DNA of 37,154 nucleotides from Promethearchaeota archaeon. GTDB lineage: Archaea > Asgardarchaeota > Lokiarchaeia > Sigyniarchaeales > SOKP01. The position numbers were made by a program, and so were the translations under genes. The stretch lies in assembly GCA_048940925.1 (NCBI GenBank), contig JBHLOC010000045.1, positions 1-37,154 on the forward strand, written 5' to 3'. Below the pieces are notes generated by a model. That model was not told the DNA's origin. It was given only the letters and a program-made list of their open reading frames with translations, and made no database searches. This document shows positions 8,004-17,257 of this stretch, piece by piece. Each line of letters opens with the position of its first letter. Position 1 is the first letter of the stretch.

Positions 8004-9259
8004 CTAATAGAAACGAAAATCTAAAGATTTATGAAAATCCTATTTTTTTAAACTTTTTTCTCTTCTCTATTACTCTGTTATTATTCATTTTAAAACTAAT
8101 ATTTTCTTATATTACAAATAGTTTAGCCCTTCAAGCAGATGCTTTTGATAATCTCACTGATCTAGTTATGATATTTGCAGCCTTAATTGGAATTATGTAT
8201 TCTAGAAAAAAACCTAATGAAAACTTTCCTTATGGGTATTACAAAGTTGAGAATATAGTGAGTTTATTTATTTCAATATTTATCTTTTATACTTCTTATA
8301 CCATAATTTCGCAATCAATAAGAGATTTTATAAATTTTATCTCCGGTAATTTTAAAACAATAGAAACATCAATTGTAATCTATTTTTTCTTAGTAATTTC
8401 ATTAATAATTACTTTATCTCTAACTTTTTATTTGAAGATATTAGGAAAAAAATCGAATTCTCCTGTGATTGAATCAGAAGCAAGCGAAAAATTGTATGAC
8501 AATTTTATATCTTTATCAGTTTTAATCGGATTTATTGGTGCTAGTTTTAATTTATTTCTTTTGGATTCTATAATTGGATTTTTCATTGCTCTTTTTATTA
8601 TTAAAGGAGGATACGATATTTTTTTAAACTCTACAAAAGTTTTACTCGATGCGGTGATAGATTTTGATAAAAGAACTGAACTTAATAATTTAATAGAAGC
8701 TTTTCCAAAAATTAAAAAAATAGAGAAGTTAGAAATAAGATCTTATGGGAAATATGTTTTTTTAGAAGTGAATGTCAATTTAAATAAAGATCTTACTTTA
8801 AATCAAGCTCAGACATTAAAAAGACTCATAAATAATAAGATTAGGGAATCATTCCCTCAGATCTTTAAAGTATTAATTCTAACCCAAACTGCAGAAAATC
8901 CTACAGTGAAATTTGCTGTTCCCCTATTAGATAATAATGGATTAAACTCTCACATATCCGATCATTTTGGGGAATCTCCTTTTTTTGCTTTATTTGAAAT
9001 TGAAGAAAGTGGGATAGAAATACAATTACTAAATTATAATATAGTAGCGAATAAATTTATTAAGGAAGAAAAGAGAAAAGGAATTTTAATTTCAGATTGG
9101 CTAATTTCATACAAAATCGATAAAATCCTTTTAAAAAACGATCTCAAAATTGGTCCTAAGTTAATGTTCGAAAAAGCACTAATTTCAATTGAAATAATAG
9201 ATCTAGATAATTTAAATGAAATAATAAACTATGAATTAACACTTTCAAAATCACAATAA
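8000..9259 (+). CDS. Cation diffusion facilitator (FieF-like) fused to a C-terminal NifB/NifX-type domain
   Basis: SLALQADAFD, FPYGYYKVE, TM helices, dimerisation domain; C-terminal FAVP...ISDHFGESPFF. Confidence 0.9.
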   Translation: MTNRNENLKIYENPIFLNFFLFSITLLLFILKLIFSYITNSLALQADAFDNLTDLVMIFAALIGIMYSRKKPNENFPYGYYKVENIVSLFISIFIFYTSYTIISQSIRDFINFISGNFKTIETSIVIYFFLVISLIITLSLTFYLKILGKKSNSPVIESEASEKLYDNFISLSVLIGFIGASFNLFLLDSIIGFFIALFIIKGGYDIFLNSTKVLLDAVIDFDKRTELNNLIEAFPKIKKIEKLEIRSYGKYVFLEVNVNLNKDLTLNQAQTLKRLINNKIRESFPQIFKVLILTQTAENPTVKFAVPLLDNNGLNSHISDHFGESPFFALFEIEESGIEIQLLNYNIVANKFIKEEKRKGILISDWLISYKIDKILLKNDLKIGPKLMFEKALISIEIIDLDNLNEIINYELTLSKSQ

Positions 9260-9314
9260 AAATTTATTATTACTTTAGTTTTTTGGATATTTAGTAAAAT
9301 TTACGTTGATTTTA

Positions 9315-10145
9315 ATGGAGTTAGATATCACTTTCTTAAAACAGATTGCGATTGATATATTTAATAAAGTCAATCCTTTACTAGGATTAAAAGAAGCTGC
9401 AGTAAAATCGGAAAGAGGTGCTGGCGGCGATATTTCTATGAATATTGACATTATTGCTGAGAATGTGATAATTAAATCTTTGGAAGAAGCTAATATTAAT
9501 ATCTTATTGATTAGTGAAGAGAAAGGAGAAGAATTTATAGGAGATAAAAGCAAAGCATTAAAAAATCAAAATGTATTAATAGTTGACCCGATTGACGGAT
9601 CGAATAATGCTGTAAGGGGTATACCATATTGTTCTGCTTCTTTAGCATATGCTGTCGGAAAAAAAGTTAACGATATCAAAAAAGCTGTCGTTATTAATCT
9701 AATTACTAAAGATATTTATTGGTCAGAAAAGGGTAAAGGGGCATATTTGAATGATGAGAAGATTAAAGTATCTAATCTTGATATAACTCAAAATTGTTTT
9801 TTTGAACTTAATCTCCCTATGAAGAATTTAATGGAAAATCTGCAAAAATTAGCTCCAATTATTAAGAGATTTTATCGTATTCGGATATTAGGCAGTAGCG
9901 CTTTAACACTATGTCAAATAGCTAGTGGGTGTATGGAAGCATTTATTAACTTACGAAAAAGCAATCGATTAGTAGATGTAGCGGCAGGAATATTAATTTT
10001 AAACGAAGCTAAAGGTCGAATTTTTTCATTAGAGGGAACTGAAATTGACCAAGATTTATCAATTGATGTCACATTCCCCTTTATAGCATGTAATGTTAAG
10101 TTAGAATCATTTCTTAAAGAAGAATTAATCAATAAAAAGACCTAA
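9315..10145 (+). CDS. suhB: Inositol monophosphatase / FBPase family (archaeal bifunctional type)
   Basis: ISEE, VDPIDGSNNA, RILGSSAL, RLVDVAAG motifs. Confidence 0.9.
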   Translation: MELDITFLKQIAIDIFNKVNPLLGLKEAAVKSERGAGGDISMNIDIIAENVIIKSLEEANINILLISEEKGEEFIGDKSKALKNQNVLIVDPIDGSNNAVRGIPYCSASLAYAVGKKVNDIKKAVVINLITKDIYWSEKGKGAYLNDEKIKVSNLDITQNCFFELNLPMKNLMENLQKLAPIIKRFYRIRILGSSALTLCQIASGCMEAFINLRKSNRLVDVAAGILILNEAKGRIFSLEGTEIDQDLSIDVTFPFIACNVKLESFLKEELINKKT

Positions 10146-10195
10146 TGATTTTAAATTATCAGAAATTTAAATACTAAAAACAATAACGTATAGTT

Positions 10196-11356
10196 ATGAA
10201 TTCAAGAGAAAGAGTAAATACAACATTAAATCATCTAAAACCAGATAAGGTACCTTTAGATTTGGGAGGGAATCAATCAAGTATACATATTAAAGCTTAT
10301 AAAAAATTACTAGAATATCTCGAGATTGAGGATAAAGAAATTCAAATTTTAGATTTCATTCAACAGATCGCTATTCCCTGTGAGGAATTATTAGAACGGT
10401 TTAAAATAGATGTTAGATATATCCGACCGCTTGGAGGTATGGTAAAAATTGATGACTTTGAGTTGCAATATGAAGGACAGTTTGTTGGTGTTTATGACCA
10501 ATTTGGTTGCTTTTGGGGAAATGATGCAAATAAAGATATAGATGAGATATTATATTATGACCCTGTTATTCATCCTTTTGCTGATTTTAAGACAGTTCAG
10601 CAAATTAAAGAGTTTAACTGGCCTAATGGAAGGGATAAATCTCCATTTGAAGGTTTAAAAGATTATACTAAGAACTTACATGAAACCACTGATTATGCAT
10701 TAGTATCGCATCCCTCTGGTTGTATATATGAGTATACCACCTTTCTTTTTGGATTTACTAAAGCTTTAATATATCTTAAAAAAAAGCCTGAATTAATAAT
10801 AGCTGCCATGGAAGGGCTTTTAGACTATTGGACAGATTATAACATTACTTTTTTAAATGAGGTTGGTGAATTTCTTGATGTCGTTTGTATTAATGGAGAC
10901 TTAGCAGAGCAAGCAGGACCGATCATGAATTTGAAAACATATGAAGAACTCATAAAACCTATTGAGAGAAAATTATCAGAAAAAATACATGAGTTAGCTG
11001 ATGTCAAAATCAATTATCACTCTTGCGGGTCGATTTCTTTATTCATTCCCCATTTTGCTGATATTAAATATGATGCTGTTAATCCTGTCCAGATATCTGC
11101 CTATGATATGGAACCATGCAGTCTTAAGAAACGCTATGGAAATATGATAACATTTTGGGGAGGCATATGCAACACTCAATATACACTTCCGTTTGGAACA
11201 CTTAAACAGATTCGAGAAGAAGTTAAAAGAAATTTTGAATGTTTCAAACCAGAAGGTGGATTTGTTGCTTCGAATATTCATAATATTACAGCAGAGGTAG
11301 ATCCCCAGAACATTGTAGCTATGTTTGATGCTGCTAATGAATTTAGAAATTACTAA
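10196..11356 (+). CDS. Uroporphyrinogen decarboxylase / MtaA-CmuA family protein
   Basis: MNSRERV..TLNH..PDKVP; YHSCG; NPVQ; FWGG; GGFV...HNI. Confidence 0.9.
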   Translation: MNSRERVNTTLNHLKPDKVPLDLGGNQSSIHIKAYKKLLEYLEIEDKEIQILDFIQQIAIPCEELLERFKIDVRYIRPLGGMVKIDDFELQYEGQFVGVYDQFGCFWGNDANKDIDEILYYDPVIHPFADFKTVQQIKEFNWPNGRDKSPFEGLKDYTKNLHETTDYALVSHPSGCIYEYTTFLFGFTKALIYLKKKPELIIAAMEGLLDYWTDYNITFLNEVGEFLDVVCINGDLAEQAGPIMNLKTYEELIKPIERKLSEKIHELADVKINYHSCGSISLFIPHFADIKYDAVNPVQISAYDMEPCSLKKRYGNMITFWGGICNTQYTLPFGTLKQIREEVKRNFECFKPEGGFVASNIHNITAEVDPQNIVAMFDAANEFRNY

Positions 11357-11361
11357 AAAAT

Positions 11362-12453
11362 TTAATCTGGAATATTAATCGGATAACTTCCATATTTCCT
11401 TCTAATATTTTGCATTGCTTCAAAGCGATCAATAGTAACAGCAGGATTTATACTGTGACCTGAACTAAAAATATATCCTCCTCCTGGTGCTAACTCCCTA
11501 ATTAATTTTTTTGCATAAGTTTCAATTTCTGTAATTTCTCCCATAGCTAACATTATTGGACTTAAATTGCCTGAAAATGTTATCTTGTCTCCATATTTCT
11601 GATTTAAATTGAAAATATCATAGTCTGGATTTGCTGTAGTTGACTCTATTGGATTTATAGCGTCAACTCCACAGTTTATAATATCTTCAAAAACTTCCAA
11701 AAGATCACCGTCAGAATGTAAAAAAATTTTACAATCTCGTTTATGAGCTGCTTCACATATTCTTTTTAGCCAAGGAAATACATACTTTCTATAATTATCA
11801 GGAGACATAAAGAGTCCATTCTTAAATCCATAATCATCCCATAGTAATACGATTTTAGCGTCATTTTCAGCTAATATTTTTACAATTTCAAGAGTAAAAT
11901 TGCCATTGGTATCAAAAATTTTTTTTGCTTGTTTGTGTTTTTTTAATATTCTTGAAAAAGTTTCTAATCCGAATGCTTCCCATGTAACTTCCATTAAACA
12001 TCCTGTTGCTGGTATTGAGAAAACTTCATCTTTCATTTCCTCTTGGAATTTCCTTCCTAATAAAAATTGTTCTAATCTCGTTTTTAAATAAGGATCTGGT
12101 TTTTCCCAACTTTCATAATCTTCAAATGATTTTAAATGTCCTCCATAATATCCGTATATTAACGTTCCGTCTTTGTAATATTCAGATTTCATTATCCTTC
12201 CATATTCATCAATAAAACCTTTTCTGTCTTTAGTAGATCTTCGAGGAAAAAGACTAACCATACTTAAGACTAAATCTATACCAATTCGACGAGAAAATTC
12301 ATAGATAATTTTATATCCACGCCCCATAGTTATATCAATGCCATAGTGTTTCATAATTGTATAATTCGTAAGAGCAGTTTCAAATGCAGGAACCTTATCT
12401 GGTTCTCTATGATTAATGGTTTTTAAAATTCTTTCTGGTGCTTTCAGATGCAA
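11362..12453 (-). CDS. Uroporphyrinogen decarboxylase / MtaA-CmuA family protein
   Basis: ERI..TINH.EPDKVP; WDDYG; LHSDG; GGGYIFSSGHSI. Confidence 0.9.
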   Translation of the reverse strand: MHLKAPERILKTINHREPDKVPAFETALTNYTIMKHYGIDITMGRGYKIIYEFSRRIGIDLVLSMVSLFPRRSTKDRKGFIDEYGRIMKSEYYKDGTLIYGYYGGHLKSFEDYESWEKPDPYLKTRLEQFLLGRKFQEEMKDEVFSIPATGCLMEVTWEAFGLETFSRILKKHKQAKKIFDTNGNFTLEIVKILAENDAKIVLLWDDYGFKNGLFMSPDNYRKYVFPWLKRICEAAHKRDCKIFLHSDGDLLEVFEDIINCGVDAINPIESTTANPDYDIFNLNQKYGDKITFSGNLSPIMLAMGEITEIETYAKKLIRELAPGGGYIFSSGHSINPAVTIDRFEAMQNIRRKYGSYPINIPD

Positions 12454-12537
12454 TCCCCAAAAAAATTTAGATTTAATAAAACAATATAAAATAGAAATTG
12501 TTTTTGTAAATAAATAGATTATAAATAAAAAATTTAT

Positions 12538-13146
12538 GTGACATTGTCAGCATTTAAACGTGTAGATAGAGAATATTTTGCAAAGGATACGAAATTTGTA
12601 GCAAAAGAATTATTAGGAAAATATCTTATAAGAGAGACACAAAAAGGCAGAATGGTAGGTAAAATCATAGAAGTAGAAACATATCTTGGATCGAATGATA
12701 AAGCTTCCCATTCTTATAATAATAGGAATACGGAAAGGACTAAAGTTATGTATGAAGAACCGGGAACTCTCTATATTTATTTAATATATGGCATATATTA
12801 TTGTTTAAATATCATTACTGAACCAAAAGGAATTCCTTGTGCGGTATTAATTAGAAAACTATATCCGATTGAGGGAATTGAGCAGATGTTGGAATATAGA
12901 CCTATACAAATTGGAAAAAATTCTAAAAATCTGACTGATGGACCTGGAAAGCTGTGTATGGCTCTAAATATAACAAAAGACAAATTTAATGGTAAGGATT
13001 CTTGTTCAAAAGATTCGAAATTATTTTTTACTCAAGGTGAAGTAATAGATAAAACTAATATTAAAGCAAAAAAAAGAATTGGTATTGATTATGCAGAAGA
13101 AGATAAAGATAAGCTCTTAAGATTTAAACTAATGGAAGATAATTAA
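12538..13146 (+). CDS. mpg: DNA-3-methyladenine glycosylase (MPG/AAG family)
   Basis: A..LLGK.L, IIEVETY.G..D.ASHS, YIYLIYG, AVLIR, GPGKLC, RIGI. Confidence 0.93.
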   Translation: MTLSAFKRVDREYFAKDTKFVAKELLGKYLIRETQKGRMVGKIIEVETYLGSNDKASHSYNNRNTERTKVMYEEPGTLYIYLIYGIYYCLNIITEPKGIPCAVLIRKLYPIEGIEQMLEYRPIQIGKNSKNLTDGPGKLCMALNITKDKFNGKDSCSKDSKLFFTQGEVIDKTNIKAKKRIGIDYAEEDKDKLLRFKLMEDN

Positions 13147-13350
13147 AAAATTTTTGAGGTTTCAACTGATAGTGAATATTAGCTTGAACGGTTTATACTC
13201 GTTTTCTAAAATTCTAAATTTTCACGTGAAAAATTTGACAATAATGGATAAATTTAAATATTAGTTTTTCTCAATTCTAGATTGGATATTGGGATTAATG
13301 GGTTAAGGTATTCAGTTAGATATTAGAATTAAGATACTAATGGTGATTAT

Positions 13351-13821
13351 GTGGTAAAGGATGCTTTAAAGTTCTTCCAAGCCTACGTCCGTGAGATGAT
13401 AGATGTTGGGGGAAATAATTTACCCAAAGCGATTTCAACAAAATCTGGTGCAAAATTAGGTAAGTTATATAAGAAGAGAGAGATGCCATTAGATTTAACT
13501 TCTGCTTTAAAACAAATTTATATTGTATTGAAAGCAAAACCAATTATTACAAAATTAAATGAAAATACTTATGAAGTTGTAATTAGATATTCAAAAAAAT
13601 TTTGCCCAATTGGAGGAAGCCATAATCCATCACGAGCGTCCATGTTTCAAGAGAACATTTGTATTCCCTACACAAGAGGATTTTTGAATGAGTTATTTCC
13701 CGAGTATAACTTCGAATCTGATATTTTAAATTGTATTCCTCAAACAAATCAACGGACTTGTCATTATATTTTAAAAATAACTAATAAGAATCATGTAAAT
13801 AATACTATTAACGATACATAA
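13351..13821 (+). CDS. V4R / methanogen output domain-like ligand-binding protein
   Basis: G..LG helix, CPIGG, CIPYTRGF and C-x7-C pattern typical of the V4R/H-NOX-like superfamily. GGTGA SD before GTG. Confidence 0.6.
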   Translation: MVKDALKFFQAYVREMIDVGGNNLPKAISTKSGAKLGKLYKKREMPLDLTSALKQIYIVLKAKPIITKLNENTYEVVIRYSKKFCPIGGSHNPSRASMFQENICIPYTRGFLNELFPEYNFESDILNCIPQTNQRTCHYILKITNKNHVNNTINDT

Positions 13822-14041
13822 ATCCTGAAGTGTAATCCGTTAATCATGGGGGTTTTTTCCAGTCTCATTGTGTAATTCTTAATCTAAAATTTTTAAATAT
13901 TTTTAAAATCTAATTTGAATTTTGAGTTATTTGATTTCAAATATTCTCAAATGAATAATTTTTTTAAAAACTATTAAATACTTTTGAAGTGAGGTTTAAT
14001 TAAGTTTTTTTAATACTTTTTATTAAGGATTTTAGGGATTT

Positions 14042-14137
14042 ATGTCTAAAAATAGAGATGCTTTAAAGTTTTTCCAGAATTTTATTAGCGAAATGATTGA
14101 TATTGGCGGTCAAAATCTTCCGAAGTCAAGTAGTTAG
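14042..14137 (+). pseudogene. Truncated tandem paralog of the 13351-13821 gene (31 aa)
   Basis: MSKNRDALKFFQNFISEMIDIGGQNLPKSSS* aligns with MVKDALKFFQAYVREMIDVGGNNLPKAIS. Similarity ends at ~14128. Confidence 0.88.
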
Positions 14138-14148
14138 CAATTAACAGT

Positions 14149-14492
14149 GGTTATGAATTTAAACCCGAATCTTGACCTCAATTTTATCGCTATAGCCAGA
14201 GGTCATGCCTCTCCACACCCTTACTTTCTTCATATGCCGTACAAACACAGCAATACTATAAAGCGTAAATACCTATAGTTATGGTTGCTCCATCCCTGGC
14301 CTAGCCAGTTTTCTAATTACGAGCTTATACCTTTCCTACAAAAGGCACTGCTCTGATACCTACCATTATAGGGAGTGCTTCGACGAGAACATAACGGTGG
14401 ATAACGGTACTCATGAAATCTTAACTCGGGCAATTTCCGTTATGTGCATTTCACGGTCCACCCAGCAGAGGGGCTTCAAGCATTGCACAACT
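14149..14492 (-). ncRNA. ffs: Archaeal signal recognition particle (7S) RNA
   Basis: Minus strand. Helix 8 GGCUAGG-CCA-GGGA-UGG-AGCAACC (14306-14283, SRP54 site). Helix 6 GUGCCUUUU-GUAG-GAAAGGUAU (14348-14327). Helix 5 pairings CCUAUA.AUGGU/ACCAU..UAUAGG, UCCAC/GUGGA, CCGAGUU/GAUUCGG. Alu-like helices GCAAU/AUUGC, GCCC/GGGU, CCGU/ACGG. Helix 1 GUUGUG/CAUAAC. GC-rich island in AT-rich DNA. Ends approximate. Confidence 0.92.
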
Positions 14493-14517
14493 TGCTCGTA
14501 AATGTAAAGAAATGATA

Positions 14518-14535
14518 AAATTTAAAATTTTACAT
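14518..14535 (-). promoter_or_regulatory. Putative TATA box for the SRP RNA
   Basis: AAAATTTTAAAT on the minus strand ~25-30 nt upstream of the predicted RNA 5' end. Weak evidence given the AT richness. Confidence 0.4.
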
Positions 14536-14586
14536 TATTAGTAAAGATAAAATTAATACTCGCTTTAGGCTCAAGAAAATGATAAT

Positions 14587-14760
14587 TTAATCTTTAATTT
14601 TCATTTTTTTTAGTTTTTGAGAGATCTCTTTTCTGCGAATTATTGACAAGAACTCTTTTGTATCAGGAAAGACATATATGATATCTTCACCGTCATCTTC
14701 AATTGTTACTTCTCTATAAAACTTTCCATCAACTTTAGTTTTTAAATCATTTACAATCAT
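14587..14760 (-). CDS. Small hypothetical protein (57 aa), not in the ORF track
   Basis: MIVNDLKTKVDGKFYREVTIEDDGEDIIYVFPDTKEFLSIIRRKEISQKLKKMKIKD*. Fills the intergenic gap, is co-oriented with its neighbours and has protein-like composition. Confidence 0.7.
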   Translation of the reverse strand: MIVNDLKTKVDGKFYREVTIEDDGEDIIYVFPDTKEFLSIIRRKEISQKLKKMKIKD

Positions 14761-14874
14761 GAATTGAAAATGTGAAAAAATAATTCAAAAAAACATATAA
14801 CATGGTGATAACACTCAAGAGAACTTAGATTCTGAATTCTAAAAAATACAAGCATCAACATGTTATATAGTGTT

Positions 14875-15732
14875 CTAATTCACAATAAGTTTCTCTAAGA
14901 ATTCTTTTATTTGGTTATTAACAACTTTACCATCATTGAAAATGTTATTTAAATATCCATCAAGAAAGACTTTGATTTCAGTATTAAGGTCTTTTATGTC
15001 TATATAACTATATTTAGATTTCAATTTTTTACTGTCAATTAAGGGTTTTAGATGTGTATCCACTAAATTTAATATAAATTCGACAACAACATGATTAATT
15101 CTATTTTTATCTAGTTGAGTTAATTCATATTCTCCATGAATCGTTTTAGTTCTAATTTCATTTAATTCAATTAAAGTTGCTTCTAAATCTGGTGATAGGT
15201 TCAATAATTTAATTTTTGTTGGTAAATCCTTCTCTTTTTCTGAATCAAGATGAGAATTGCAGTAATTTTCTAAATTTGCATAGAATCGAACTAATAATTT
15301 AAATGTATCTGCAAAATCATACATATTTTCCCATGCTGTTAAATTTAAATCCTTGAGAGAAGATTCTAAAGTTCCTGTAATTTTACCTGCAACATTAGTG
15401 AGATATTGCGTATAATCTTCAAATGGAAATCCAAAATAGTAGTTATTATATTTTTCCTTTATATCTTTTGCGACTACACTCTGATGTTGAATTTTTTCTT
15501 TTTTAACAATTTCTTTAACAAATTTCATAACATAGTTACATTTCGGACAATAAGTAATCCAAGAGCTTAAAATTACTTCTGCTGGCTTAACTCCACTCGA
15601 ATCAATATACCCATTAAATCCTGACAATTTTTTTCCATCAGAGGTTGAAAAAGTTGCCTCTTCAGGATAAAAAGTTCTAGGAATGAATTTAACACTACAT
15701 ACAGGACATCTTAATTTTTCCTTTTGATTCAT
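14875..15732 (-). CDS. Zn-ribbon + HEPN/DUF4145-like protein
   Basis: CPVC...CPKC N-terminal pair; helical C-terminal domain with LNEIRTKTIHG (Rx4H). Confidence 0.55.
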   Translation of the reverse strand: MNQKEKLRCPVCSVKFIPRTFYPEEATFSTSDGKKLSGFNGYIDSSGVKPAEVILSSWITYCPKCNYVMKFVKEIVKKEKIQHQSVVAKDIKEKYNNYYFGFPFEDYTQYLTNVAGKITGTLESSLKDLNLTAWENMYDFADTFKLLVRFYANLENYCNSHLDSEKEKDLPTKIKLLNLSPDLEATLIELNEIRTKTIHGEYELTQLDKNRINHVVVEFILNLVDTHLKPLIDSKKLKSKYSYIDIKDLNTEIKVFLDGYLNNIFNDGKVVNNQIKEFLEKLIVN

Positions 15733-15986
15733 ACTTATTATTACTTCGAATATTGATTATTTATTAATTTTGTCTGTAACGACTCAATACCTTCATTAAT
15801 CTTTAAATATTTGTAATATAAATACGCAAATAATATGTAGACCATATTCATATGAAGACTAATTTTTACATTAATATTCATCTTACAATTGGAAATATAT
15901 TAAATTTCAAGACTTTTGTTATATTATTACGATGTTTTAATTAAATCCCTAAATTAATTTATAATTAAAAAATAGAGAAAGATAAA

Positions 15987-17090
15987 ATGTCAGAAGAAAT
16001 ATCATATCTAGATGCAGTAACTCTTGAGAGTTTTATGAGAGACGTTTTTATAGGTCTTGGGGTGCCTAAAGATGATGCTAAAATCATTGCTGATGTACTC
16101 ATAACTTCAGATTTAAGAGGTATTGATTCACACGGCATTCAGAGATGCAAAATGTATTATGATCGAATTAAAGAAGGAATCTATGAAGTTAAAACTAAGA
16201 TAAATATAATTAAGGATGGTCCTACTACGGCTCTTTGGGATGGAAATTGCGGAATGGGGCATGTAATAGCGTATAAGGCTATGCAGGAAGCGATAAAAAA
16301 AGCAAAAAAATATGGGTTGGGTGCGGTTGCTGTTCGTAATAGTACACATTTTGGTATTGCTGGTTATTATTCTTTAATGGCTATTAAAGAGGGCATGATA
16401 GGATTAGCAGTAACAAATGCTAGACCTTCAATTCCTCCTACTTTTGGAGTAGAACCAATGTTAGGTACTAATCCTTTAACAATAGGAGCCCCAACTGACG
16501 AAGATTTTCCATTTCTCATAGATGCGGCAACATCAATAATTCAAAGGGGCAAAGTAGAGGTTTATGACAGGATTGATAAACCACTTCCAAAAAATACTGT
16601 CATTGATGAAAATGGTGAATTTGTTACAAATGCTGGTAAAGTGCTAAAAAAAATGCTTGAAAGAAAAGCTGCATTATTACCCTTGGGAGGGAAGGGAGAA
16701 GACACCGCAGGATACAAAGGGTATGGATATGCAACTGTTGTTGAATTATTGTCTGCGGCTTTACAAGGAGGCATCTATTTACAAGATACCTTGGGAATAA
16801 TTGAAAATGGTCAAAGAAGGTTGAAAGTTGGGCATTTCTTTTTAGCAATTAATATAGATAGTTTTATTGGGATTGACTCCTTTTTAAATACTGCGGGAAA
16901 TATTATGAGGGATCTAAGGAATTCAACAAAAGAACCAGGAGAAAATAGAATATTTACTGCTGGAGAGAAAGAATACTATTCAGAAGCTGAAAGAAAAAAA
17001 ACAGGGATCCCTCTCAATAAAAGCTTAAAAAAAGATATTAAAAGAATGAAAAAAGAGCTTAGTTTAAATCAATACAATTTTCCTTTCTAA
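15987..17090 (+). CDS. Ldh_2 family (malate/L-lactate/sulfolactate) dehydrogenase, copy 1
   Basis: DLRGIDSHG, NSTHFGIAGYY, GTNP, GYKGYG, GHFFLAIN. Confidence 0.93.
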   Translation: MSEEISYLDAVTLESFMRDVFIGLGVPKDDAKIIADVLITSDLRGIDSHGIQRCKMYYDRIKEGIYEVKTKINIIKDGPTTALWDGNCGMGHVIAYKAMQEAIKKAKKYGLGAVAVRNSTHFGIAGYYSLMAIKEGMIGLAVTNARPSIPPTFGVEPMLGTNPLTIGAPTDEDFPFLIDAATSIIQRGKVEVYDRIDKPLPKNTVIDENGEFVTNAGKVLKKMLERKAALLPLGGKGEDTAGYKGYGYATVVELLSAALQGGIYLQDTLGIIENGQRRLKVGHFFLAINIDSFIGIDSFLNTAGNIMRDLRNSTKEPGENRIFTAGEKEYYSEAERKKTGIPLNKSLKKDIKRMKKELSLNQYNFPF

Positions 17091-17257
17091 TTTTTAACTC
17101 TTCAATAAATTTCTTTTATTTATATTAAGATATTAGTAAAAATTTATTAAAATCAATCATCTAATCAATATTTTTCAACGTATATTTAATATGATTTTAC
17201 TTAAATAATCATTTGAATAAATAAGAACTATCACAACTTTTATTAAATCTTTGATAA

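Noticed and set aside
10196-12453. Convergent UroD-family pair as a novel system
   Set aside because: This family is commonly expanded in Lokiarchaeia, and no corrinoid partner genes are adjacent.
14149-14492. RNase P RNA or self-splicing intron as the identity of the GC-rich island
   Set aside because: No GAGGAAAGUCC-type P4 motif and no group II domain V seen; SRP helix 6 and 8 motifs fit well.
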